Position numbers and translations under genes: made by a program
Notes under the pieces: model-generated
What the model saw: only the letters and a program-made list of their open reading frames with translations
The model's database searches: none
What the model was told of the DNA's origin: nothing
IMG/VR virus record: IMGVR_UViG_3300032334_001019
Span: 1-64,000 of that record
DNA: 64,000 nucleotides
Origin: a virus
Strand: one strand, 5' to 3'
Shown: positions 48,895 to 58,510 of the stretch, in pieces
How the letters are laid out: every line of letters starts with the position of its first letter
How positions within the stretch are numbered: the first letter of the stretch is position 1

Positions 48895-49149
48895 ATGAAA
48901 GAAATTCTGCACTTTACGGCAGATTGGTGCATGCCATGCAAAAGGTTAAAGCCTATATTAGATGAAATACTTTTAGATTATCCTGATATAAAGTACAACA
49001 GTATAGATGTAGATTCAAACATTGGTATTACAAATGACTATAATGTTCAAAGTGTTCCAACACTGATAATTTTAGTTGATGGTGGTATACATAAAAGACA
49101 CCGTGGAGTTGCAACTAAAGAAGAGTTAATTAAGTTTATTAGTGAATAA
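48895..49149 (+). CDS. Thioredoxin
   Basis: 'FTADWCMPCK', 'VQSVPT'. Confidence 0.9.
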   Translation: MKEILHFTADWCMPCKRLKPILDEILLDYPDIKYNSIDVDSNIGITNDYNVQSVPTLIILVDGGIHKRHRGVATKEELIKFISE

Positions 49150-49870
49150 CTATACAACAGTTACCATCTATTCTGTCATTAGATAGTAGGTAATCTTTTA
49201 AGTCGCCAAGATTTTTTCTAATAATAAGTTCATCTTGTCTTGTCAGATTATAACAAAGGGTACTCTGTTTATGTTTTCCAAAAGCATTTATTACTTCATC
49301 TAAAAATAAAAATATATGATCACTAAAGTCTGCCTTTTGGTTAGGCAATAGATTTCTTTGCTTATTCATAATATAAAAAACCATTGGTATATCATTATTT
49401 TTAATTTTATTTAAATGATTTATTCTATCCTGTTTGTCATGTGAAAGAAACCCCTCAAATGAAAACCTATTCATGCAGCCAGCAACAGATACTGCAGCCA
49501 TAATAGCAGAAGGTCCAGGAGTTGATGTTATCTCTACTCTTCCATCCTCTATAATTCTTTTTACTATTTGTTCCCCTGGGTCTGCAATACCAGGCATCCC
49601 CTCATCTGAAATAATAAAAATATCATTGCCACTTACAAGTAAATCAATTATGCGATCATACTCTTTTGCTTCTTTGTCATTTCCTTCTTCATATGCAATA
49701 TCTATAAGTTCTGCACTACACTCAACACTTATTCTACTGCAAAAATCTTTAAACAATAAGGGATTTTCAACTGCTATATATTTAGCAGTTTTAATTGCTT
49801 GAATAGTTGTAAAAGAAATATCATCAATGTTTCCAATTGGAGATCCAATAAGGTAAAGTTTGCCAAACAT
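49139..49870 (-). CDS. RsmI-like methyltransferase
   Basis: 'LYLIGSPIGNIDDIS', 'ISDEGMPGIADPG', 'PGPSA', 'F.FEGFL'. Confidence 0.8.
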   Translation of the reverse strand: MFGKLYLIGSPIGNIDDISFTTIQAIKTAKYIAVENPLLFKDFCSRISVECSAELIDIAYEEGNDKEAKEYDRIIDLLVSGNDIFIISDEGMPGIADPGEQIVKRIIEDGRVEITSTPGPSAIMAAVSVAGCMNRFSFEGFLSHDKQDRINHLNKIKNNDIPMVFYIMNKQRNLLPNQKADFSDHIFLFLDEVINAFGKHKQSTLCYNLTRQDELIIRKNLGDLKDYLLSNDRIDGNCCIVIH

Positions 49871-49930
49871 TAGTAAATAAAACCTCTTACCTTATTAATC
49901 TTTTTAAGAGCCTTTTTTACTCTACGTTTT

Positions 49931-50971
49931 TTAAGTAGATTTTTTATGAATTTCATTTATAATCCCCCTCTCTTTAATTGCTTTTAAAAAATCTTCTGCC
50001 CAACATAGGTTAGTTAAATATCCTGGATGACCATCTCTTGCATAAAGATCTGCTTCTTTAAATTTTCCATCTGGCCTATGCCTTGCAATAAACTCTTCAG
50101 TTGCTTCGTTAATTCTAAAGAATGTATCTTCAAATAATTTACTATTCTCTACATTAATAGCGTTTGCATCATCCCACATTGTCCAAATAATTTTTATATC
50201 ACTTGCTTTGCAAAATTCAATAAATGAAAACCATGCAGTTGCCCAAACTGGAAAGATTTGTCGTTCTTCATACAAGGTTGGATATGGACTTAGATCTAGT
50301 GATGTAAAAGGATCTCCACTACCCCTTGTTTCTCTATTTTCTTTAATTATTTTATCTTGATTTGTTCTATCTGATGCATATGGAAACTGCTGAGTGTATC
50401 TCCATTGATTTTCTGATTCTATCCAGTAATAATTTCTTAATATATTTGGATGATTTATTAAAAGCACATCTGGTTTTGCATATTCTTTACAATATTTAAA
50501 AACAGCAGACATAATCTTTTGCCAACCATAACCACCCTTACCTAAACTAAAAAATCCAGAAAGATTATAGTCTTTTGAAAGTTCATCGTAAACAATCTTT
50601 GTCCAAACATTGTCTATTTTTGAGCCAACACCTTCTGTGTTTGAACATCCAGCAAATAAAATATGTAATCCGTCATGATCTTTTTTAAAGTGTTCTGATC
50701 TAAACCAATCTGAGTTGTATTTGTAACCAACAGCCCAATCTTTTCTTTGAGGATTAACATTTTCAGGCGGGATAGGATCTAATATATGATAATTACTTTC
50801 ATCAAGTTTATAGTTAAATGCTTTGTATAAAAAGGCAGTCTCTGACTCTGTTTTATCAACTACTGGGTCAGCCCAAGTTTTATCAAATTCAGCAATCTTC
50901 ATTGTTCTTAGAGCGTCTATGCTTAATTTTAATTCTTCAGCGAGTTCTCTTGTTTGATCGTAATCGCTCAT
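49931..50971 (-). CDS. SGNH-like protein
   Basis: 'LFAGCSNTEG', 'DGHPG'; paralogous to 31447-32250. Confidence 0.65.
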   Translation of the reverse strand: MSDYDQTRELAEELKLSIDALRTMKIAEFDKTWADPVVDKTESETAFLYKAFNYKLDESNYHILDPIPPENVNPQRKDWAVGYKYNSDWFRSEHFKKDHDGLHILFAGCSNTEGVGSKIDNVWTKIVYDELSKDYNLSGFFSLGKGGYGWQKIMSAVFKYCKEYAKPDVLLINHPNILRNYYWIESENQWRYTQQFPYASDRTNQDKIIKENRETRGSGDPFTSLDLSPYPTLYEERQIFPVWATAWFSFIEFCKASDIKIIWTMWDDANAINVENSKLFEDTFFRINEATEEFIARHRPDGKFKEADLYARDGHPGYLTNLCWAEDFLKAIKERGIINEIHKKST

Positions 50972-50972
50972 T

Positions 50973-51671
50973 TCAGTAAGCCTTTCTAAGATAAATATCA
51001 TAAAAACCTAGATTATGTAATGCAAGTGCATCAACTACCCAGTTTGTATTAATAGATAAGAATTCATTTACTGTTTGAAATGTACCATATCCAATATCTT
51101 CAATTATACCATCGTAGATAAGGTAATCATTTAGCCCAATGCGACCACCAACATTAACTAAATTAGAAGAGTCTTGTAAAACCTTTCTTGTAAGAAATCT
51201 ATCATTTGAAACATCGATGTAAATAAAGTCATATTTATTATTTAATGTCGACAATATGTTTGCTGCATCACCCTTCATAGTAGCAACCTTTGGATGATAA
51301 CTAAACTTGTCAATGATATAAGTTTGGTGAGTTTCTGGTGTATACAAAAGTTCATGCTTAAATCCATCACATTGGCATGAGCCAAACTTTCTCCATGACC
51401 AGCACTTAAGGTCTTGGTTATAAAGGTCTACCAATACGGCTTCTGAGGCTTCTGAGGCGTCTATAAACATCTGTGCTGAGTATCCCCAAGCAACTCCTAC
51501 CTCCAAGTACCTTATGCCTTTAGGAAGGCTTTTAGCATACTCTTCTCTTGATGAAAAGATTCTTGCTTCATTTAATTGCTCTTGAGATATTTTTGGTGAG
51601 TCTTCAATTTCATCATCATTTACATATCTTATTTCATCATAATTAGACGAACGCACTGGTTTTTTAGGCAT
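50973..51671 (-). CDS. Class I SAM-dependent methyltransferase
   Basis: 'LEVGVAWGYS', 'YDFIYID', 'GG.I..NDY'. Confidence 0.8.
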   Translation of the reverse strand: MPKKPVRSSNYDEIRYVNDDEIEDSPKISQEQLNEARIFSSREEYAKSLPKGIRYLEVGVAWGYSAQMFIDASEASEAVLVDLYNQDLKCWSWRKFGSCQCDGFKHELLYTPETHQTYIIDKFSYHPKVATMKGDAANILSTLNNKYDFIYIDVSNDRFLTRKVLQDSSNLVNVGGRIGLNDYLIYDGIIEDIGYGTFQTVNEFLSINTNWVVDALALHNLGFYDIYLRKAY

Positions 51672-52368
51672 TTAGTCTGCGTTCCTGGCTATCAATAATA
51701 GTTTTATTTGCAGAATAAAATAGTTCAATTGCCTCATCTAGTCTGGTATGAGACTCAACCAATTGCTTTATTTCATAATAAATCTCTGGTTTTTCATCTA
51801 CTGGTAATGGGTTGTTGAATGCAGGATGGCCCTTGTCATGTTGATTAATTACCCTCCGTGCCTCATCCATTAAATCTTGCAACATGTCATTACTTAATTT
51901 TCTATATGGCAAATTAAAATTAGACATAACATAGTCAACAACAAAGTTAGGGTTAGAAGTCATCTGATCAAATGTAAAAGCAAAAAGATTATCTATATTT
52001 TTAATGGTTGATCCAGACCATCTCCTGTACACATCAAACTGATCGTCGACAAGTCTTTCTAGTGATGGAAGATTGTTATATTCGTGTGGCATTGGTATTC
52101 CAGATGCAACAGTATTTCCAATACCTCCCATTGTTTTGGTAACAATAGATGGAATTATGTCAACTGGATTTCTTAAAACGGTTGTTTGCACAATATCTTT
52201 AAACTCACCCAATAAAATTACTGGGGCATTGGTTCTAATAATAAACCTATCTTCTATCTCGCCCATAGAGATTGATCTATCAAAGTCAACTGATTTAAGA
52301 AGAAGATATTGTAACCAGGTGTGGCCAGACCTTGGTGATGCATTAATTAAAACTCTTATGTCTTTCAT
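51664..52368 (-). CDS. Sulfotransferase-like protein
   Basis: 5'-PSB 'SPRSGHTWL', 3'-PB 'LRNPVD..PS'. Confidence 0.7.
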   Translation of the reverse strand: MKDIRVLINASPRSGHTWLQYLLLKSVDFDRSISMGEIEDRFIIRTNAPVILLGEFKDIVQTTVLRNPVDIIPSIVTKTMGGIGNTVASGIPMPHEYNNLPSLERLVDDQFDVYRRWSGSTIKNIDNLFAFTFDQMTSNPNFVVDYVMSNFNLPYRKLSNDMLQDLMDEARRVINQHDKGHPAFNNPLPVDEKPEIYYEIKQLVESHTRLDEAIELFYSANKTIIDSQERRLNA

Positions 52369-52589
52369 TAACCAATCCTTGAGTGTGATCCATCACAAAA
52401 TGGTGCTCTTGCACTTTGCCCACAAACACAGGACTTTTTCTTCTTTAAATTATCTAACTTTACTGTAATCTGTTCATTTGTTTGCAACACATTGACTAAA
52501 TAGTTTTCTTCATTAATGCTTAAAACTTCTACTGCTTTACCGCTGTATCCTTCAAGGTCTACAACTATTGCATAATCATTTATATTCAT
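52368..52589 (-). CDS. CDGSH iron-sulfur domain protein
   Basis: 'CVCGQSARAPFCDGSH'. Confidence 0.85.
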   Translation of the reverse strand: MNINDYAIVVDLEGYSGKAVEVLSINEENYLVNVLQTNEQITVKLDNLKKKKSCVCGQSARAPFCDGSHSRIG

Positions 52590-52612
52590 AATACTCCTTT
52601 TAACTATTATAG

Positions 52613-52685
52613 CACCCCTGGCAGGAATCGAACCTGCGACGCATGGCTTAGAAGTCCATCGTTCTGTCCACTGAACTACAGAGGT
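52613..52685 (-). tRNA. tRNA-Arg(TCT)
   Basis: ACCTCTG/CAGGGGT stem, loop CTTCTAA, TTCGATT T-loop. Confidence 0.9.
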
Positions 52686-52689
52686 ATTG

Positions 52690-52762
52690 CATCTCCAACG
52701 GAATTCGAATCCGTGTTGCTGCCGTGAAAGGGCAGAGTCCTAGGCCACTAGACGATGAAGAC
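52690..52762 (-). tRNA. tRNA-Glu(TTC)
   Basis: Anticodon arm CTGCC-CTTTCAC-GGCAG, TTCGAAT T-loop. Confidence 0.9.
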
Positions 52763-52766
52763 ATAG

Positions 52767-52840
52767 TACATCTGGAAGGACTTGAACCTTCGGCTCTCCG
52801 CATATAAGGCGGGTACTCTAACCAACTGAGTTACAGATGT
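52767..52840 (-). tRNA. tRNA-Ile(TAT)
   Basis: ACATCTG/CAGATGT, anticodon loop CTTATAT, TTCAAGT T-loop. Confidence 0.85.
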
Positions 52841-52844
52841 GTAG

Positions 52845-52919
52845 TACACCAGGTAGGACTTGAACCTACGAATAGCCGAATTATGAGTTCGGTGCCTTAA
52901 CCAACTTGGCTACTGGTGC
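52845..52919 (-). tRNA. tRNA with CAT anticodon (elongator Met or Ile2)
   Basis: CCGAA-CTCATAA-TTCGG; lacks the initiator 3 G-C pairs. Confidence 0.88.
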
Positions 52920-53266
52920 TAGTCCTTAAGATACTAGTATACCAAGTAGCATACCAATTGTAAAGCAAAGAATACCAACAGTCCAGTGATAGTAGGTTTT
53001 CATGTGTTCTTTAATAATCTGATCTTTAATTTCTGTTTTAATTTTTTTTACTTCTTCTGTCATTTTTACACCATATCTTATAGTCGCTCATAGTCTGGTG
53101 ATTATCCCAGTACTCAATGTTTTCTTTGTCCATCTTACAGGTAGGGCAGATCATTGTCTATGCCGTTTCTTATTGCCAAACTTAGACTTAACTTCAGCCT
53201 TAGCCTGATCAACAATAGCCTTCGTAATGTCTTCAACACTAAACTCTTGATCAAACTCTGCTTCAT

Positions 53267-53566
53267 TCATTCTGATTCCTTAATATGATTTAGTTTAGTA
53301 TTGTAATAATTAGTAGAGGAACCGTGTTTCATTTTTCTTAACTTCTTCCACACTGCAAACCTAAGACCAAGTTTTGTATAGGCAAGTCCACCCCTACCCA
53401 TTCTAGTATAATAAACTTCATTGTAGCGATTAGATAGTTCTTGATTGAATTGTTGAACTTCCCAAAACATAGCATGTTTGCCATATCGCCAGTCTTTCTC
53501 AATCTTTACCCTGATTAACTCTTCAGGTGGTTCAATTTGTGAATATGTTTCTTTACGTTTTTTCAT
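53267..53566 (-). CDS. Hypothetical protein
   Basis: ORF track; minus-strand small-gene array. Confidence 0.5.
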   Translation of the reverse strand: MKKRKETYSQIEPPEELIRVKIEKDWRYGKHAMFWEVQQFNQELSNRYNEVYYTRMGRGGLAYTKLGLRFAVWKKLRKMKHGSSTNYYNTKLNHIKESE

Positions 53567-53757
53567 GGGCGTGCAGTCCTTTCAAGGTAGTCAATCACAT
53601 CACAATCTATATCACAAAGATCAAGGGAGATGATATCTGCCACAATATCTGATCTAATTGAATTCATTATTGCTCTGCTCATTTGCTCCTCAATATCTAA
53701 TTCAAGGTTAACATACTTAACCCAGGGTTTGCGTAATGTATATGGTCCTATTTTCAT
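53563..53757 (-). CDS. Hypothetical protein
   Basis: ORF track; coupled to the next gene. Confidence 0.5.
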   Translation of the reverse strand: MKIGPYTLRKPWVKYVNLELDIEEQMSRAIMNSIRSDIVADIISLDLCDIDCDVIDYLERTARP

Positions 53758-53772
53758 ATATATATCATATCA

Positions 53773-54201
53773 CTAAGAACCTTGTTCACGCAAGTCTAAA
53801 GTCTTAATACTTTCAATACATGTTGTAACAGCCTTAGCCCAATTCTTAGCCCCTGGATATTTCATGTTGGAAGTTACGCTACGATTGGCATGCTTGTACC
53901 AAGTAATAATTAAACCATTTTTCTTGTACACAAAGTTTGGTGCACAACCATCTGGATGAGGACCTTCATACTCTCCCCATCCTGAATCACACCAGCAATA
54001 AGGACGCATCTCAAACACATCATTAATAAATTCTGGATCACCAGAGTTTGATGTTAGAAGGTTTGCATATCCGTATTTACCGTGAGAATACCCACGGTAT
54101 TCAGCAATAACTTCTGCAATTAAGTTAAGACCTTCAGTAGCCCAAAAACCATCATAAGTTTGTGACGGAGTATTACTAAGTAGCATTTGTCCTAATTCCA
54201 T
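53773..54201 (-). CDS. Hypothetical protein
   Basis: 'FEMRPYCWCD...PNF.YK...I.WYK' phage motif. Confidence 0.55.
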   Translation of the reverse strand: MELGQMLLSNTPSQTYDGFWATEGLNLIAEVIAEYRGYSHGKYGYANLLTSNSGDPEFINDVFEMRPYCWCDSGWGEYEGPHPDGCAPNFVYKKNGLIITWYKHANRSVTSNMKYPGAKNWAKAVTTCIESIKTLDLREQGS

Positions 54202-54404
54202 TACCATCCTCCAAGGCATTCGTTGCGTGTGTGAAATAATCTAATCTTTGTCATAATTTTGCGGGATGGAGCATAAAGCATCTCATTACAAGCACACTTA
54301 TAAGACCATTCACCAGTAAAGAAATCATGCACATAACCTTTGGCATTAGCGTATTTCTTAGATACAAAGGTTTGAAATGGGTCAGGTATTTCCATATTGA
54401 TCAT
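54201..54404 (-). CDS. Hypothetical protein
   Basis: Leaderless after TATACT. Confidence 0.55.
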   Translation of the reverse strand: MINMEIPDPFQTFVSKKYANAKGYVHDFFTGEWSYKCACNEMLYAPSRKIMTKIRLFHTRNECLGGW

Positions 54405-54422
54405 ATACTAAGTATACTTTAG

Positions 54423-55133
54423 TTATGGCTGTTTGTCAACATTAGATCTTTTAAATATATTAAGTTTAATTCTTTTCTTTTCATGCTTACCAATAACCTC
54501 ACCCTTGTGATTTAGTGCATCCCTGTATCTATCTGTCCATTTACCCTGTGCTGCAACTGCTTCAAATGCTTTACCAGATTCCATCAATTCGTCATAATAT
54601 GATTGAGGTAAATCTTTATCTGATAATTCTAATTCTGTAAGTTCTAGTTCTGTTAGTGATATTGGCATTATAGATCCTATTGGAGTACCTGCTGGAATTG
54701 TAATAATAGTATCTGGTCTTGTAACTTTATAAACAATTGGCAATGGACCTTTATATACTGAAGTACTCAATATTGCTGTAAATGCTTGTATTCCATCGAT
54801 GAACTGATTTGGAACTGGCATTGTTAATAAACTTACATTCTCTTCAGACTCAAATGTAAGTCCAGAATTTAAACTAATACTCTGATTTGCCCTGTTGGTG
54901 TTTGCATATTGATGACCAGACAAAATCTCAACTTGAGTATTATGACTATGCCAGATAAAAGTAATATCTTCATTAAAAGAAAATGTCCAACCTAAAAAAT
55001 TTGCCAAGGTAACAGGAAAACACCTATAAGCATGATGATCCCAACTAGCATCCATCCAATCACGCTTAACTCCAAGCACATCGAAATTAACATCATAGTT
55101 ATCTCGTTTGTATACTTTTATTTTATTTGTCAT
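54423..55133 (-). CDS. DUF6065 family protein
   Basis: 'RDWMD...HAYRCFPVT.AN..GW', 'IPAGTPI..IMP'. Confidence 0.75.
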   Translation of the reverse strand: MTNKIKVYKRDNYDVNFDVLGVKRDWMDASWDHHAYRCFPVTLANFLGWTFSFNEDITFIWHSHNTQVEILSGHQYANTNRANQSISLNSGLTFESEENVSLLTMPVPNQFIDGIQAFTAILSTSVYKGPLPIVYKVTRPDTIITIPAGTPIGSIMPISLTELELTELELSDKDLPQSYYDELMESGKAFEAVAAQGKWTDRYRDALNHKGEVIGKHEKKRIKLNIFKRSNVDKQP

Positions 55134-55643
55134 GAGGATTGATAGTTTGTTAAATGTTTCTTGCATACGCCAACAACAGAATAGTCTGCAAGATCATTGT
55201 ATAGTGCATCATTGTTGCAATAGTGACATCTTTCTGGTGGTCTGTTTTCAATCATAATTTAATTATATCACAGACTACTTTGTAGACAAATGATGCCCTT
55301 TTGTATATTCACACTTAGTACACTTAGAAATAACAAAAGATCCCCTTATGTATAACTGAATATCATGTTTGCAATCAGGCACGGTAGTTTCTCACTACTG
55401 CAGCAGCAAGCATACGCATGCCTAAAGCATTAAGTTGAGAATTATCTTCGCCAAGTGGTATAGATTCAATGGCCTTTGCAAGTTCTTCTCTTAGTGTAAT
55501 TTCATCTAGACTCATATTCTACCCCTTATTATCCTTTTGTGGAACCCAAATAAGTTTTCCATCTTTGTATTCTCTTTCATATCCTAAAGCCTTCCAGTCC
55601 ATCTGCATAATCTTAGGTTCTTTTGGCATGTCAGACTCCAATC

Positions 55644-56195
55644 TTATATTATAATTTTCTTTTCTAAAAGTTTATTGTATTCATAATAACATAAATCAGT
55701 ATTAAAGTCAACCAAACTTATTGTTTTATATTCCTTAAGATTCTGGCTTGATCCTAAATACTTTTCACCATTAAACTTTTTATAATCTTCAATGGTAAAT
55801 TCAAGATTGTCTTCTATTTTTATGTTTAGGTAATCCATAAAATTATTAATTACTAAACTAGAATCATTGACTAAATCATTAAAATCAATAACATAATCTG
55901 CATGTTCATACAAAAATTTATAAAAAAGTATATAGTTTGATAGAACATGATTTATAAAATCTTTGTTAACATCTTGACCATAACTTGATTGCACTGCTAA
56001 AATTGACATAGCAGTTTCTTTTGGGTCTCTGACTATTGTAATAATTTGTTTTGTTTTGTTCATATCTTTATAAAACAAATCTAATATTGTATGAGAGCCT
56101 TCGATTCTGATACCAGTTTTTTGATAAAACAATTGATGAAAATAGTGTGATCCACTTCTTGGATATGTTAATAGATATGGAGGATTGCTATGCAT
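55644..56195 (-). CDS. Sulfotransferase-like protein
   Basis: 'TYPRSGSHYF', 'IVRDPKE...S'. Confidence 0.7.
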   Translation of the reverse strand: MHSNPPYLLTYPRSGSHYFHQLFYQKTGIRIEGSHTILDLFYKDMNKTKQIITIVRDPKETAMSILAVQSSYGQDVNKDFINHVLSNYILFYKFLYEHADYVIDFNDLVNDSSLVINNFMDYLNIKIEDNLEFTIEDYKKFNGEKYLGSSQNLKEYKTISLVDFNTDLCYYEYNKLLEKKIII

Positions 56196-56197
56196 TT

Positions 56198-56743
56198 TTA
56201 AACTATAACTTTCTTTTCTAAAAGTTTATTGTATTCATAATAACATAATCCAATATTAAAATTATCTAGTTTTATTTCATTATATGAATCAAATTTTTTG
56301 CTTGATTGTATCCATCTCTCACCATTAAATTTTTTATAATCTTCAATAATAAAATTTGAATCTTTGTTATATTCTATATTTAAAAAATTTAATATTTTAT
56401 TAACTATGGTATCTGGATATTTAATTAAATCGTTATAATCTATCACATAGTCTGCATGATTATACAAACATTGATAAAGTAAGGCATAGTTTGATATGGT
56501 ATGACGAATAGAGTCGTCATGAACCTCTGTACCCTGTTCTTTTTGCATTGTCAAAAGAGATCGTATGCTTTCTTCTGGATTTCTTGCTATTGTAATAATA
56601 GTTTTTGTTTTTATTTTATTTTTATCAAAAACATCTCCAATTGTGTGAGATCTTTTAAAGCGATACCCTATTTTTGCATAAACTAAATGTTCAAAATAGT
56701 GAGAACCACTTCTTGGGTATGTCAATAAGTGTGGAACCATCAA
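56198..56743 (-). CDS. Sulfotransferase-like protein (tandem paralog)
   Basis: 'TYPRSGSHYF', 'IARNPEE...S'. Confidence 0.7.
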   Translation of the reverse strand: MMVPHLLTYPRSGSHYFEHLVYAKIGYRFKRSHTIGDVFDKNKIKTKTIITIARNPEESIRSLLTMQKEQGTEVHDDSIRHTISNYALLYQCLYNHADYVIDYNDLIKYPDTIVNKILNFLNIEYNKDSNFIIEDYKKFNGERWIQSSKKFDSYNEIKLDNFNIGLCYYEYNKLLEKKVIV

Positions 56744-56885
56744 GCACCTATTGAAGGCATGGTTTGTTCGCAGGGACAGATGATAGACTCAGGTAACTCA
56801 TGAACCTCAGTCTCAATAGATATAATTGTTGCACAATCTGGACATTTATAAATAGTTTTCATGTTTTAAGTATATCAGATTAAAA

Positions 56886-57686
56886 CTATGCAGTCAACTC
56901 TTTAATTACAGAAAATATACCAGATAGATCCTTTTGATCTGTAACTATAATGAAATCATCTATATTGAAATCTTTAGATATCTGTTTAATTTGATTAATA
57001 ACTTCTTCGTGAGTGCCTTTGATAGTATGATTGGGTTTAATTGTATACTGGTATTGATTATATTCGACGGTATCTAGGCTTTGACCTTCTTTAAGTACTA
57101 GTGGATCAATTATTAGTATTAGTTTAGTATTCGTAATCTTGTCAAGTATATGCTCATTAAGCATATATTCTCCTACAATCAGGTAGTCTGCATAGTTATT
57201 TGCTATTCTTATGGTGGTATCAGATGAGCCAACTACACATAACTTTGCATCAAAGTCAAACTCTTTCATTAAATAAACAAACTTTTCCATCCAAGGCTCA
57301 GTTAATGCAACTCTTTTTTCATGATCATCTAGTATGGATGGATCTCCTGGATATGCTTGAATTACCATATTTTCTCTATTTTCATCATATCTGCCAGCAA
57401 CTAGGTTAAGATCTAGTCTTTTATGAGCAAAATTGTTAACTGACTTAAATATTTTTGCAGCATATTCTGGTGTAATACCATAGGCAGGCAGTGCAAGCAT
57501 CATCTTAATCTTTTTGGTTGCATTAAGCATTGGAAACAAATGAATTGAAAAATCTATACCTCTTGGGCCATAAGGAAGTAATATGGATGTTATGTTTGAA
57601 TTTTCCATATCTTTAGCCATGCGGATAAGTCCATCACCCTCTACTGGCCAACCCACACGATGCATCCAGTGAAATTTTATGCTCAT
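56886..57686 (-). CDS. Luciferase-like flavin monooxygenase (SsuD-like)
   Basis: 'MSIKFHW', 'SILLP', 'RLDLNLVAG', 'GSSD'. Confidence 0.7.
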   Translation of the reverse strand: MSIKFHWMHRVGWPVEGDGLIRMAKDMENSNITSILLPYGPRGIDFSIHLFPMLNATKKIKMMLALPAYGITPEYAAKIFKSVNNFAHKRLDLNLVAGRYDENRENMVIQAYPGDPSILDDHEKRVALTEPWMEKFVYLMKEFDFDAKLCVVGSSDTTIRIANNYADYLIVGEYMLNEHILDKITNTKLILIIDPLVLKEGQSLDTVEYNQYQYTIKPNHTIKGTHEEVINQIKQISKDFNIDDFIIVTDQKDLSGIFSVIKELTA

Positions 57687-57774
57687 TATTAAATTATACC
57701 TGATTTAAAGTTCGGCGGAAAATAGAAGTAACAAACCATCTTATGCCCTACACGGGCGGTATTGGTTAATATAT

Positions 57775-58272
57775 CTACACAAGCCTACGAGATAGTAATA
57801 GATTATATGCCTCATATGCCTTAGATAAGTCATAGCCATCTAAATGGTTTTGACCATACAACTCTGAAGTAGTACTTGATACTAAATAAACCTCATCAGG
57901 CCTATCAATCATAGAGTCTTCATATGTATGGTCAATGACTGGTTTGTTTAATATATAGGATATTGAGTCTATAACTGCATCTGGGTTTTTTATCAGGGTA
58001 TCGTAATCAATAACAGCATTAGCCCTAGTATATAACAAACCATATAGTGCCGTATATTTATCTATCTCTGCCTGTATGCCTATATCCTGATGATAATGTG
58101 ATGACATAGTTATGAAAGACTGAAGTGTATCTTTAGGGTTTCTTGCTATAGTAAAGACAAAGCCATCTGCATCATCTATCAGGTGTGAGCCATCTATCCT
58201 AGTATCTAACTTTTGTACAATCAATGCTCTTAAGTAATGTGAGCCAGATCTAGGATAGGTAATTATGATCAT
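57775..58272 (-). CDS. Sulfotransferase-like protein
   Basis: 'TYPRSGSHYL', 'IARNPKD...S'. Confidence 0.7.
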   Translation of the reverse strand: MIIITYPRSGSHYLRALIVQKLDTRIDGSHLIDDADGFVFTIARNPKDTLQSFITMSSHYHQDIGIQAEIDKYTALYGLLYTRANAVIDYDTLIKNPDAVIDSISYILNKPVIDHTYEDSMIDRPDEVYLVSSTTSELYGQNHLDGYDLSKAYEAYNLLLSRRLV

Positions 58273-58315
58273 ATATTTAGTATAACATATGGCTCAAAGT
58301 TTATATCCCCTGGCT

Positions 58316-58510
58316 TTAGTCACAGGATACACAGTAATATGGAGCACGAAGGTGATCTGGAGCAATAAATGATGGTTTGCCACATCTTACACATACTGCT
58401 CTGACTAAACCATTGTCTTCCATCTCAAATCTAAATGATCTTGTGTAGTATACCCTTGTGGCATACCAGGTGAAGGCTATAGCGATTATTGTTATCATTT
58501 TACTCCTCAA
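58316..58510 (-). CDS. Small membrane/Zn-ribbon protein
   Basis: Hydrophobic N-terminus, CxxC...CxxC. Confidence 0.45.
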   Translation of the reverse strand: MRSKMITIIAIAFTWYATRVYYTRSFRFEMEDNGLVRAVCVRCGKPSFIAPDHLRAPYYCVSCD

